NCBI GenBank assembly: GCA_024278695.1
Contig: JAJRSR010000029.1
Coordinates: 1 to 54,324, forward strand
Source of the DNA: Planctomycetota bacterium
GTDB lineage: Bacteria > Planctomycetota > Phycisphaerae > UBA1845
DNA length: 54,324 nucleotides
Direction of reading: 5' to 3'
Position numbers and translations under genes: made by a program. Shown in pieces: positions 10,753 to 20,010 of the stretch. The notes below the pieces were generated by a model, which was given only the letters and a program-made list of their open reading frames with translations, ran no database searches and had not been told where the DNA came from. Positions within the stretch are counted from its first letter, which is position 1. Every line of letters begins with the position of its first letter.

Positions 10753-11505
10753 GTGTCTGGACACTCTAAATGGTCGACCATAAAACACAAGAAGGCCGCG
10801 CTGGATGCGAAGCGCGGTAAGTCGTGGAGCAAGCTCGGCCGTGCGATCATGATGGCCGCGAAGACGGGCGGCGGCAACGTGAACGACAACCCCCGGTTGC
10901 GCCTGGCGATCGACAAGGCGAAGTCTGACAACATGCCCAAGGATACGATCGCCAAGGCGATCAAAAAGGGCACCGGTGAGCTCGAAGGTGGGAACTACGA
11001 AGACGTGTTGTATGAAGGGTACGGTCCCGGCGGCGTGGCGATGATGTGCCAGGCCGTGACGGATAACCGCAACCGCACTGGTGCGGAAATCAAGAAGATC
11101 TTCGAGCTTCGCGGTGGCAATTTGGGTTCTAGCAACTGCGTTGCGTTCCAGTTCCACCAGAAGGGCGTGATCGTGGTTGCGAGCGACACGGCCACCGAAG
11201 ATCAGATGATGGAGATCGCCCTGGAAGCGGGGGCCGATGATGTGACGTCATCAGAGACGATCCATGAAGTCGTTACCGCGCCGGACGCCTTTCAGGGCGT
11301 CAAAGATGCGATCGTCGCGGCCGGGATCGAGCCGGTCTCGGCAGAGCTCTCGATGATCGCCGAAAACGAGATCACGCTGGACCTCTCCGCGGCGCGCAAG
11401 GCGCTTAAGCTGGTCGATGCTCTCGAAGACCAGGACGACGTGGACGCAGTCTACTCCAACTTCGACATCCCCGACGACGTGATGGCCGTGCTGGCGAAAG
11501 AATAG
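10753..11505 (+). CDS. yebC: YebC/PmpR-family DNA-binding transcriptional regulator
   Basis: 250-aa ORF with a GTG start preceded by AGGAG. The N-terminus MSGHSKWSTIKHKKAALDAKRGK and the motif NPRLRLAIDKAKSDNMPKDTI are hallmarks of the family. Confidence 0.95.
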   Translation: MSGHSKWSTIKHKKAALDAKRGKSWSKLGRAIMMAAKTGGGNVNDNPRLRLAIDKAKSDNMPKDTIAKAIKKGTGELEGGNYEDVLYEGYGPGGVAMMCQAVTDNRNRTGAEIKKIFELRGGNLGSSNCVAFQFHQKGVIVVASDTATEDQMMEIALEAGADDVTSSETIHEVVTAPDAFQGVKDAIVAAGIEPVSAELSMIAENEITLDLSAARKALKLVDALEDQDDVDAVYSNFDIPDDVMAVLAKE

Positions 11506-11578
11506 CCGCGCCGCCTCCGTGTTGTTGGCCCGCTTCTTGTTCGGATTCACACTGCGCATGCCGCATGCCGCGTGTCGG

Positions 11579-14500
11579 TCAGATTCCCGGTCCGGTGTAC
11601 GCGTTTTGGAATACGGCCGCGTCGCGCAGGTTTAGCTGCATGTCGTCGTTCGTGTCGAAGCGCTCCATGCACGCCTCGAACGGCGCGGGCAACCCGGGTA
11701 GACCACCCTCGAAACAATTCCAAAAACGCCAGTAGTCACGAAAGTCAATATAGCAATCACCGGTGGTATCTGGTCGTGGTCGACCGTCGGCCAGCACTCC
11801 CACGTCGAGCGGTGTCCAAGGACAAGGATCGAGTAGATTCGGAAAGCCGTCATTGTCCGCGTCTGAGTCACAGGCGTCGATGATCCCGTCGCGATCAAAG
11901 TCACGCTGGCAGATGTCGAGCCAGCCATTTCCCTTCGAGTATGGGCTGCACACGTCGGGGATGCCGCTTTCACCACAATCGAACGCGGGAATACGCAGGA
12001 AGTAAACGTCCTGCTCTCCGTTGAAGGTTGCCGCGTAGGCAATGTTGACGCTGTCATCTTCTGAAACCATATCGTAGTAGTCACCGAGCTTGTTTTGGCT
12101 TGGCCAGCCGATGTGGCTGTCGAAGACCGGGCTGACGGGAATGTTCTTGGACCAAGTACGGCCGCCGTCCGTAGAGAAGGCATAATACAGCTCAGATAAA
12201 TTGTCTTGCCCGGTGTTGCGTGTGTCGTTCCAAACTGCGTCGATGCGTCCATTCGGCGCTACGTCCATCGTCCCAAACCACTGCCATGCGCCGTTGTTAA
12301 TTGGATCATCATTCACACGGACCGGTTCACTCCAGTCGTAGGCTCCGTTTTCACTGCGGGAAAACATGACGTCGAGCGGATCGGTTTCACCTTGCGTGAC
12401 CGAAGCCAAGACGTACAGGTCGCCTACTGTAGGACCAGTGCCGCGATCGCTTCGGATCCACATTTGACCAAGCAGTCCGCCAGGATTGGGTGCCCTCCGG
12501 CTACGAATACCACCGCCGAGTTCAACCAGTTCATATCGATCGAAACTTGGAGGATCGTCAGGGAATTGAGCGTTGTCCGAGATTGCGATCCAGGCACCGT
12601 TGGTGTAATCACCTGCGGCGTACAGAACACCATTGAGGTCTACGGTGAGTGTGCCCCATGAGGGCGTTCCGACAGGGGAGGCACGAAAAGATTCTCCGCG
12701 GTCCGTTGATCTGCTGAAACTCGTGCCTGGTTCGCAGGCGGCACTGGACCACGTTTGATAGAGGTGATTGCGGCCTGGTCCACCGGTCGTGTCTGCGGTG
12801 ATCCAGGCCTTGTCGCCGCCGAAGGCGTAGACCGGGTCGCCCCATGTGATGCCGCCGTCGGTTGAGGTAAACAGGTCGCAATTGATATGGCATCCAGGGT
12901 AATCTACGCCGAGACTCAGGTAGTGGAAATACCCGTCCGCGTCTGCTACCAACACCGGGTCGCTGCGAAAAACCTCGGGTGTCAATACGCCTGGGAAGGT
13001 CCACGTGGCACCAGAATCATGGCTGTAGCCGACGCCGGCTTGGCGGAAGTTGGATTGTATCGTATCAAACTGTCGCCAGCCGATCACCATTCGGTTGGGG
13101 CTTGTCGGATCAACGGCGATGGAGGGTTCGTTGGCCGCATCGCCGGGGATGTTGTCGCCGAACTCATCGACGTTGACCTGGACGCTGACGAAGCCGTCCC
13201 GCTCGACCACGGTTCGACCGGCCACGATGCCGGGGGGCGGTGCATGCGGACGCGGCATGTGCGGGTCGTCGAGTTGTTCGAGATGACCGATGGGGTCGTT
13301 CGTGTCAGGCCAAACGCCAGTTGCTGCAGCAGCGGTCATGGTGACCAGAGCAGCCATAGGTGCCACTTCGTCTTTCTCGTCTTCCTCGGTTTCGAGTGCG
13401 CGCACTTCGTCGGAGGGGTCGTAGTCATCCGGAATACTGGGTAGGCAAGGAGACGTGACGTTGAAGACAATCGGACCGCGGCCTTGATCCGAAGCTGACG
13501 AAACGGCTATATAATAGGTGTCGCCCACCACGAGGTCGTCCATGCAAATGCGTGAACCAATACCCCCTGCGCAACCGGGCGCATTGTCTGCGCAGGCGAT
13601 CGGCACCAGCGCCTCGCACGGGTCAACGGGGCTACCATCGACCCGATAGCCCTGGATGACTGTGTCTGTCCCATCACTGGCCGTAGCGCATGTGTTGGCG
13701 ATGGCAGAAGTGTCATCAGCAACGAACGAAAACCAGATCGAACCTACCGCACCCACGCCGTCCTGTAGGCAGGTATACTCTGGCTCGTAGAGATCATTCC
13801 ACTCGGTGATGTTGCTAACGATGGTGTTCGTGTTCATGGTTACCGGCGTGGCAGCGTCACATTGGCCGTTTTCCGGTTCGTTACGGCATTCCCTGGGGGC
13901 GTCGCCCGCCTCCCTAATGCATACCAGATCCCACTCTTGTTGGCAGCACCAGGAATCATCGGTACAAATGTCGACGCAACAGAAAATGTCATCGCAGCCG
14001 GGGGCCTCATGGGAAGCAAAACAGTCGCCCGCCGGAGACTGTAAGCAGGCGTGCGGCAGGCATGGTTCCGACAGCGACTCACAATACTCCCCTAAGGTCC
14101 ACTCCCGTCTGTTTTCAGTCGGGGGAAGTGCTAAGCATTCGTTGATGGATAGGTTTTCGCAGGTGTCATCGGGTGTGCAGCAAGCCGCCTGACCACAGGT
14201 GTGCGGGAATGGCTCGTCTGCGCAGTTCATCCCCTCGACCCAACCAGGCTGAAACTCCGGATCCGCAAAGCTGACACCGCAGTTGATCTCCGGCACGTCG
14301 CGGCAGACGGATTCCCGGGCTTCGTCCAGGATGAACATGTCGCAGCATGCGCCTACCGGCGGTGGCCCGTCGCAAGTGATCGTCACATGGAATCCAGCGT
14401 GAGCGTAGTTGATCGTATTATTCAAGGCCCAGGATCCGGCGGACGCATTGCCGGTAAAGACGTAGAAGGTGGCGTCCGTCGAACCGATCGAGGCATCGTT

Positions 14501-15736
14501 GCGCGTCAGTACCCACTTCGCGTTCGAATTGTTGCCCATAAACACTACGTGCAGATTCTCATCCGGCAGTGGCACCGGCGGATCAAAAACCTTGCGAAAC
14601 ACGTTCAACCCTTCTTCCATATTGACGAACACGAATTTACTGCCCTCGATGGCGTTTGAGCCGAACGCGGTAAAGTCATTACAAAAACCCTCAGGTGATC
14701 CATCGACGGTGCGTTGCCGAAGCTCAAAATCGTACCGTCCGCGCCCGCGGACGGCGACCTCCATCTGTACCATGTTGCAGGTTCTATTGAGCGTGATGTC
14801 TTCAGCGATGCAGGTGAACGCCCCGTCAGTGTAGCCTGAATTGCCAGCTCTAATATTCTGGTAGGTCAAGGATGCATCGCTGCAAGTCTCATCACCATAG
14901 ATCGAGGCATTGAAGCTCGAATGCGGCCAAGTCGGGAAGCCACCGACGGTCGAATTACAGGGGAAACTGAAGGAATCCAAGACGTCACTGGAGAACCCGA
15001 GAAGTGCCGGCGCACCAACGATTACGCCGGCATCGGTACGACTCATCGTAACAGCCAGCCACACCCGCGATGGCAGCGCGACGGGTACACTCGGTACGAA
15101 CTCGATCTCGGTCAACGCGTCGGCATCGGGAAGAAAGATGCAGGGGACGCCTTGTGGTGTGGTGTCTCCGGCTTCTGTCGAGGCGCAGCCCGCGGTTCCT
15201 TCGATCGACGTACTGCTGGTGCCGTCAACACCATTTGCGTTGGGGCACCCATCCCACAGAGAAAAATCAACCCGAAGCGGCCCGCATGTCATCCCCGCGC
15301 CACCGCAAGCGTCCGGGTTGGCTTTGCCGATCACCTGAAAGCGATACCGCGTCAACGGGCAATCGGGCTTGACGGACAACGTCAGGTCATCGGCTAAGCG
15401 TTGACCGTCCGGTAGCTCGAGCGCGGACTGACCGAGGGGGTTGTCGTAGACCAGCTTCTCGGCAACCCCAGAGACGCCGTCGGCCGAGGTGTCCGTCGAA
15501 ACCGAGTACATTACGTCTGACGTGATGGGGTAGACGTCGAATTCATCAGAAGCGGCGTCTCCGGTTGCGGTGCCCGGTGCCGGGTTGATGGCGATGGACC
15601 GGTCGCCGTCCCCCTCGATCAAGGGGAGGGCTTGCGCAACAGCGGCTTGCGGAAAACCGACTCCCAATAGCGATAGTACTAGCAGGATACTAAGGCGGAC
15701 TGATCTTAGTGACGCGGCTGCATTTGTCTTCTTCAT
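11579..15736 (-). CDS. Giant secreted mosaic protein with Cys-rich modules, a BNR/sialidase-like beta-propeller, TSP type-3-like repeats and a dockerin/EF-hand-like C-terminus
   Basis: The frame is open to 15844. I prefer ATG 15736, which is preceded by GGAGG. That start gives the signal peptide MKKTNAAASLRSVRLSILLVLSLLGVGFPQAAVAQA. BNR Asp-box motifs are SHDSGATW, STDGGITW, SRSTDRGESF and STDGGRTW (about nt 11990-13192). The Cys-rich block CCDM...CCTPDDTC...FCCVDICTDDSWCCQQEWDLVC lies at about nt 13850-14377. The C-terminus has DSDADNDGFPNLLDPC (TSP3-like) and DTNDDMQLNLRDAAVF (dockerin-like). Confidence 0.85.
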   Translation of the reverse strand: MKKTNAAASLRSVRLSILLVLSLLGVGFPQAAVAQALPLIEGDGDRSIAINPAPGTATGDAASDEFDVYPITSDVMYSVSTDTSADGVSGVAEKLVYDNPLGQSALELPDGQRLADDLTLSVKPDCPLTRYRFQVIGKANPDACGGAGMTCGPLRVDFSLWDGCPNANGVDGTSSTSIEGTAGCASTEAGDTTPQGVPCIFLPDADALTEIEFVPSVPVALPSRVWLAVTMSRTDAGVIVGAPALLGFSSDVLDSFSFPCNSTVGGFPTWPHSSFNASIYGDETCSDASLTYQNIRAGNSGYTDGAFTCIAEDITLNRTCNMVQMEVAVRGRGRYDFELRQRTVDGSPEGFCNDFTAFGSNAIEGSKFVFVNMEEGLNVFRKVFDPPVPLPDENLHVVFMGNNSNAKWVLTRNDASIGSTDATFYVFTGNASAGSWALNNTINYAHAGFHVTITCDGPPPVGACCDMFILDEARESVCRDVPEINCGVSFADPEFQPGWVEGMNCADEPFPHTCGQAACCTPDDTCENLSINECLALPPTENRREWTLGEYCESLSEPCLPHACLQSPAGDCFASHEAPGCDDIFCCVDICTDDSWCCQQEWDLVCIREAGDAPRECRNEPENGQCDAATPVTMNTNTIVSNITEWNDLYEPEYTCLQDGVGAVGSIWFSFVADDTSAIANTCATASDGTDTVIQGYRVDGSPVDPCEALVPIACADNAPGCAGGIGSRICMDDLVVGDTYYIAVSSASDQGRGPIVFNVTSPCLPSIPDDYDPSDEVRALETEEDEKDEVAPMAALVTMTAAAATGVWPDTNDPIGHLEQLDDPHMPRPHAPPPGIVAGRTVVERDGFVSVQVNVDEFGDNIPGDAANEPSIAVDPTSPNRMVIGWRQFDTIQSNFRQAGVGYSHDSGATWTFPGVLTPEVFRSDPVLVADADGYFHYLSLGVDYPGCHINCDLFTSTDGGITWGDPVYAFGGDKAWITADTTGGPGRNHLYQTWSSAACEPGTSFSRSTDRGESFRASPVGTPSWGTLTVDLNGVLYAAGDYTNGAWIAISDNAQFPDDPPSFDRYELVELGGGIRSRRAPNPGGLLGQMWIRSDRGTGPTVGDLYVLASVTQGETDPLDVMFSRSENGAYDWSEPVRVNDDPINNGAWQWFGTMDVAPNGRIDAVWNDTRNTGQDNLSELYYAFSTDGGRTWSKNIPVSPVFDSHIGWPSQNKLGDYYDMVSEDDSVNIAYAATFNGEQDVYFLRIPAFDCGESGIPDVCSPYSKGNGWLDICQRDFDRDGIIDACDSDADNDGFPNLLDPCPWTPLDVGVLADGRPRPDTTGDCYIDFRDYWRFWNCFEGGLPGLPAPFEACMERFDTNDDMQLNLRDAAVFQNAYTGPGI

Positions 15737-15815
15737 CCCTACCTCCAAGCTCTTGCACCAATCTGAATTGCGAACGTGTGCCGGCCACTTGAAACGACCC
15801 GTGCCAGCTCCGTAC

Positions 15816-15844
15816 AAAATAGCAGCCCGCCAGGAGGAATGCAA
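15816..15844 (-). promoter_or_regulatory. Candidate sigma70-like promoter for the giant exoprotein gene
   Basis: The minus strand reads TTGCAT-17 nt-TATTTT, about 75 nt upstream of ATG 15736. Phased A-tracts lie immediately upstream at 15848-15882. This is pattern-based only. Confidence 0.3.
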
Positions 15845-15921
15845 CTATTTTTTGGCGTGCGATAGTTTTTTTGGGGTTTTTTGTGATACGCAGGGGGTGG
15901 GGGCTTGTTGGGCGGCTTCCT

Positions 15922-15958
15922 GGTTCGTGTCCCCCACGGCTGAAGCCATGGGCCACCC
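15922..15958 (-). repeat. REP-like palindromic unit, family 1, single copy
   Basis: The reverse complement reads GGGTGGCCCAT-GGCTTCAGCC-GTGGGGGACACGAACC. It has the same scaffold as the units at 33130, 33728, 33771, 38958 and 39041. A G-rich remnant (GGGGGTGGGGGC, 15893-15904) may be a truncated inverted partner. Confidence 0.65.
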
Positions 15959-15992
15959 AGCCATTTGACGCTGCGCGACGACTTGACGCTTG

Positions 15993-16439
15993 TTACCGGT
16001 TGATGAAGCGTTTCATCGCGTCGAGTGTGGCCGGGCTCAGGTGGTGCTCGATGCCTTCGGCATCTGTTTCCGCGTGTTTCTTGGGGACGCCGAGTGCGCG
16101 AAGAAAATCAAGAACGAGCTGGTGGCGCTTGCGAACTTTGTCGGCCAGGCGCTTGCCGGCCGGTGTGAGAAAAATGGACCGGTAGCGCTCTGACGTCACG
16201 AGCCCGTCGCGTTTGAGCCGCGTGATCGAGTTGGTGACGGTGACGTGCGTGACGCCGAGATGCTGGGCGATGTCCACGGCCCGCGCCTCGCCGTTGTCGC
16301 GGATGAGATCGTCGATCAGCTCGACATAGTCCTCGGCCAACTCGTTGGCGTGGTCGTCACGCGTGCGTTGGAACCGTTGCGCCGTGGGGGTGGGTTTCGG
16401 CTTGGTCCCGGTGGCCCGGCTGGTTGTCGATTTTGCCAT
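15993..16439 (-). CDS. mntR: DtxR/MntR-family metal-dependent transcriptional repressor
   Basis: 148-aa ORF. The wHTH is EDYVELIDDLIRDNGEARAVDIAQHLGVTHVTVTNSITRLKRDGLV. The dimerisation and metal-binding region is LTPAGKRLADKVRKRHQLVLDFL...AETDAEGIEHHLS. It is divergent from a metal ABC uptake operon. Confidence 0.88.
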   Translation of the reverse strand: MAKSTTSRATGTKPKPTPTAQRFQRTRDDHANELAEDYVELIDDLIRDNGEARAVDIAQHLGVTHVTVTNSITRLKRDGLVTSERYRSIFLTPAGKRLADKVRKRHQLVLDFLRALGVPKKHAETDAEGIEHHLSPATLDAMKRFINR

Positions 16440-16540
16440 ATACGGTCCACTCTCGCTTACGCTGCCCCAGCGTCAAACGCTCGCTAGGGGCTTTCCGGGG
16501 TCATTTTGTCGCAAATCGTCCATGAGGTCAATCGGCGGGC

Positions 16541-16569
16541 TTGACGTTAGAGTGTAGCATATGCTAAAT
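16541..16569 (+). promoter_or_regulatory. Candidate promoter with an overlapping palindromic operator for the metal-uptake operon
   Basis: TTGACG (16541-16546) and TAAATT/CTAAAT (about 16564-16570) flank a perfect 12-bp palindrome, TAGCATATGCTA (16555-16566). They lie in an unusually AT-rich patch of the mntR/ABC divergent intergenic region. Confidence 0.4.
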
Positions 16570-16693
16570 TGTGTAATTAGCAGTTGATTCTGGGCCGTGG
16601 GATGGCCGATGGATATCCCTACGGGCGGGTGTGGGCGGGTGCGGGCGGTCGTACCCGTTCGTTGGTGACGCTATGTTTCTGTAGGAGTATGCC

Positions 16694-17689
16694 GTGCGGT
16701 GTGTCGATCGAAGCGGGATGGGTTTGGCGTGCGTGGTGACGGCGGCTGTTCTGGTCGGACCGGGCGTCTTGACTGCGGCTACGGCACCTGGTGCTGCGGG
16801 TCGGCACAAGATTGTATGTACCGTGGGCATGGTGACGGACATCGTGAAGCGCGTGGCCGGTGACAAAGCCGACGTGGTGGGCATCATCGGAGAGGGTGTT
16901 GATCCGCACATGTATCAGGTTACGCGCCGCGACATTGTTAGGCTACTTAAGGCTGACCTCGTGTTCTACGTCGGGCTCAAGCTCGAAGGGAAGATGGCGG
17001 ACGCGCTGAAGAACATCGGAAGAAAGAAATCAGGCGCGGTGGTGGCGGTCACGTCGATCATTGATCCGGCGCATTTGCGATCACCGGCGGCGTTCGGCGG
17101 GCATCACGATCCACACGTCTGGATGGACCCGCTTCTGTGGAAGCAATGTGCGAAGCGGGTAGCCGACACGCTAGCGGCGTATGACGAGGCGAATGCCGCA
17201 TCTTTTCAGGCCAACTATCAGCGGTACGCGGTCGAGCTCGATCGGCTTCATCAGTACGCCAAGGGTGTGCTCGCGACCATTCCCGAGCGGGGACGCGTGA
17301 TCGTGACGGCGCACGACGCCTTCGGTTACTTAGCCGACCGGTACGGGCTTACCGTGCGCGGGATTCAGGGTATCAGCACGGAGTCCGAGGCCGGTATCGA
17401 TGACATCAACGAGCTTGTTGCGTTGTTGGTGTCGCGAAAGATTCAAGCCGTGTTCGTGGAGACGTCGGTATCGAGCAAGAACGTTCGTTCGCTGATCGAG
17501 GGCACGGGGGCTCGCGGGCACACGGTGGTCATCGGCGGAAGCCTTTTTTCCGATGCGATGGGGAAGGCGGGGACGTATGAAGGTACCTACATCGGCATGA
17601 TCGACCACAACGTCACGACGATCACCAGGGCGCTTGGCGGCATGGCACCGGCCAAGGGTATGCAGGGCGCATTAGCTCCGCTGCCGTAG
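16694..17689 (+). CDS. Metal (Mn/Fe/Zn) ABC transporter substrate-binding protein, TroA/MntC/ZnuA family
   Basis: 331-aa ORF with a GTG start preceded by AGGAG, and a signal peptide. Family motifs are DPHMYQ, HHDPHVWMDP, AHDAFGYLADRYGL and AVFVETSVSSK. There is no His-rich ZnuA loop, which favours Mn/Fe specificity (inference). Confidence 0.9.
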   Translation: MRCVDRSGMGLACVVTAAVLVGPGVLTAATAPGAAGRHKIVCTVGMVTDIVKRVAGDKADVVGIIGEGVDPHMYQVTRRDIVRLLKADLVFYVGLKLEGKMADALKNIGRKKSGAVVAVTSIIDPAHLRSPAAFGGHHDPHVWMDPLLWKQCAKRVADTLAAYDEANAASFQANYQRYAVELDRLHQYAKGVLATIPERGRVIVTAHDAFGYLADRYGLTVRGIQGISTESEAGIDDINELVALLVSRKIQAVFVETSVSSKNVRSLIEGTGARGHTVVIGGSLFSDAMGKAGTYEGTYIGMIDHNVTTITRALGGMAPAKGMQGALAPLP

Positions 17690-17728
17690 GGGACAATCTG
17701 GAGCGAAGCGTATCTCGGGAGGGGCCAC

Positions 17729-18547
17729 ATGCCGCGTCCTTTATTAAGAACATCCGTGCCACCATCGGGCAGCGATCATGACGCGGCCTGTCCCGTGTCG
17801 ATCCACGATATGACCGTGGCCTACCACCGCAAGCCGGTGCTGTGGGATATCGACTACGCCGCGCCGCAGGGGTCGCTCGTGGGGATCGTTGGTCCCAACG
17901 GTGCAGGCAAGAGCACGCTCATCAAGGCGTGTTTGGACCTTGTGCCGCGGGCTTCGGGTAGCGTTCGTTTTTACGGCAAGCCGTACAAGCGGGTTCGGCG
18001 GCAGGTGGGTTATGTGCCGCAGCGCGAGAGTGTGGATTGGGACTTCCCGGCCAGTGCGTTGGATGTCGTGACAATGGGGCGGTATGGTCGTCTTCCGTGG
18101 TGCCTGCCGCCGGGTCGGAAAGACCGCGAGTTCGCGCGCACTTGTCTCGATCGCGTCGGTATGATCGACTACGCCGGTCGTCAGATCAGTAAGCTATCCG
18201 GCGGTCAGCAGCAGCGGGTGTTTCTCGCGAGGGCACTCGCCCAGGATGCGGACGTCTATTTTATGGATGAGCCGTTCGCCGGTGTCGATGCGACGACGGA
18301 GGCGGCCATTGTGGTGTTGCTGCGCGATCTAAAAGCGCAGGGCAAGACGGTGATCGTTGTTCATCATGACTTGCAGACGGTGCCGGCGTATTTCGATCAT
18401 GTCTTGCTGTTGAACATGCGCGTGGTGGCCGCTGGTCCCACGAAAGAGGTGTTCACGCCCGACGCCTTGCAGAAAACCTATGGTGGTCGCCTCACGCTCC
18501 TCGACAAGGCCGCAGACGCCGTAGCCCAGGGGCGCAGCCGTCCATGA
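17729..18547 (+). CDS. Metal ABC transporter ATP-binding protein
   Basis: 272-aa ORF with Walker A GPNGAGKST, signature LSGGQQQR and Walker B VYFMDEPFAGVD. Its stop overlaps the next start (ATGA). Confidence 0.92.
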   Translation: MPRPLLRTSVPPSGSDHDAACPVSIHDMTVAYHRKPVLWDIDYAAPQGSLVGIVGPNGAGKSTLIKACLDLVPRASGSVRFYGKPYKRVRRQVGYVPQRESVDWDFPASALDVVTMGRYGRLPWCLPPGRKDREFARTCLDRVGMIDYAGRQISKLSGGQQQRVFLARALAQDADVYFMDEPFAGVDATTEAAIVVLLRDLKAQGKTVIVVHHDLQTVPAYFDHVLLLNMRVVAAGPTKEVFTPDALQKTYGGRLTLLDKAADAVAQGRSRP

Positions 18548-20010
18548 TCGCGATATGGCAACAACGCGTGCGAGCATCCCGATGCCAGAGCACGGTACTG
18601 GCCCTCTTTTGGCTCAGCGCGCCGGTTTTTGCCAGTACGATCACTACGCAGGAGACCCCGGCCGCACGGGTAAATGTTTCACGCGAAGGCGCTGATCGAG
18701 TGCCGCCGTCTACTGCGGAAAAACTTTGGCATGCCCTGTCGCTGCGAGATTACAATACGAGAGTCGTCGTGCTTGGTGTGACGTGTCTGGGGATGGCCGC
18801 GGGCGTCATCGGCTCGTTCGCCTACCTGCGCAAGCGGGCCATGTTGGGTGACGCGCTGAGCCACGCAACGCTCCCCGGCATCGCATTCGTGTTTATCTTA
18901 ACCGGTGATAAAAACCTCACGTGGCTGCTTCTCGGAGCCACGGTGACCGGCGTGCTCGGTGTTTTTGCGGTGCTCATGCTGCGCCGTGTGCCGCGCATTC
19001 GCGAGGACGCGGCCATCGGAATTGTGCTGAGCGTTTTTTTTGGTGCGGGCATGGTGCTCTTTAGCATTGTGCAGGAGATGAACACGGGGAATCAGGCCGG
19101 CTTGCAGAGTTTCATTTACGGCAAGGCGGCGTCGATGGTGCGCCGCGACGCGATGCTGCTAGCCGCCGTTGGCGGTGCCGTCATCCTCGGTGCGGTGCTG
19201 TTCTACAAAGAGTTTCGTCTCGTTTGTTTCGACCAAGACTTTGCGTCGGTACAGGGTTGGCCTGTGCTGCTGATTGATCTGGTGATGATGGGGCTCGTTG
19301 TTGCGACGACGGTTATCGGGTTGCAGGCCGTCGGGTTGATCTTGGTCGTTGCGCTGCTGATTATACCGGCCGCCGCCGCGCGGTTTTGGACGGACAAACT
19401 CACGACGATGATCGTGCTGTCCGGTGTGTTTGGTGCGATCAGCGGTTGGATCGGCGCGACGTGCAGCGCCGTGGCCAGCCGCATGCCGGCCGGGGCGATC
19501 ATCGTCATCTGCACGGGGGTGTTGTTTCTGTTCAGCATGATGTTTTCTCCGCACCGCGGTGTCTTGGCCGGGCTGTTGCGCCGATGGACGCTGCGGCGGC
19601 GCGTGGCGTTTCAGCACTTGCTACGCGCGCTGGCCGAGTTCGAGGAGGATCGCGGGGAGGGCTGTGCGGTAACGACCATTGAGCTATCGCGCGTCAGAAG
19701 CTGGACCCGGGCGGTACTGATTCCACTGCTCGCGCGGGCGGGTCGTGCGGGGTTGATCGCACGCGGTGCGGAGCGTCGGTTCAAGCTGACGGAACAGGGG
19801 CGCATCGAGGCCCAGCGCATCTTGCGGAATCACCGGTTGTGGGAACTCTACCTGATTCGATACGCCGACATTGCGCCGTCGCATGTGGATCGAGATGCGG
19901 ACGAGATCGAGCACGTACTACCCGACGCGGTTGTGCGGGAGCTTGAGTATGCCCTGGCGGCGGCGTCTGCGATTCCGTCATCGCCGCACCCGACAGGCGG
20001 TGTGGCATGA
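18544..20010 (+). CDS. Metal ABC transporter permease (ABC-3 family) fused to a C-terminal DtxR-like wHTH/dimerisation domain
   Basis: 488-aa ORF. The polytopic ABC-3 core contains GDALSHATLPGIA. The C-terminal part, aa 350-475 (nt 19591-19968), reads LTEQGRIEAQRILRNHRLWELYLIRYADIAPSHVDRDADEIEHVLPDAVVRELE. This matches the DtxR-family pattern seen in the adjacent MntR. Confidence 0.9.
   Translation: MIAIWQQRVRASRCQSTVLALFWLSAPVFASTITTQETPAARVNVSREGADRVPPSTAEKLWHALSLRDYNTRVVVLGVTCLGMAAGVIGSFAYLRKRAMLGDALSHATLPGIAFVFILTGDKNLTWLLLGATVTGVLGVFAVLMLRRVPRIREDAAIGIVLSVFFGAGMVLFSIVQEMNTGNQAGLQSFIYGKAASMVRRDAMLLAAVGGAVILGAVLFYKEFRLVCFDQDFASVQGWPVLLIDLVMMGLVVATTVIGLQAVGLILVVALLIIPAAAARFWTDKLTTMIVLSGVFGAISGWIGATCSAVASRMPAGAIIVICTGVLFLFSMMFSPHRGVLAGLLRRWTLRRRVAFQHLLRALAEFEEDRGEGCAVTTIELSRVRSWTRAVLIPLLARAGRAGLIARGAERRFKLTEQGRIEAQRILRNHRLWELYLIRYADIAPSHVDRDADEIEHVLPDAVVRELEYALAAASAIPSSPHPTGGVA

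Noticed and set aside
11506-11578. Direct GCATGCC repeats (GCGCATGCCGCATGCCGCG) between the convergent yebC and exoprotein genes, considered as a terminator or repeat element.
   Set aside because: There is no stable stem-loop with a T-tract and no other copies in the window. It is too short to interpret.
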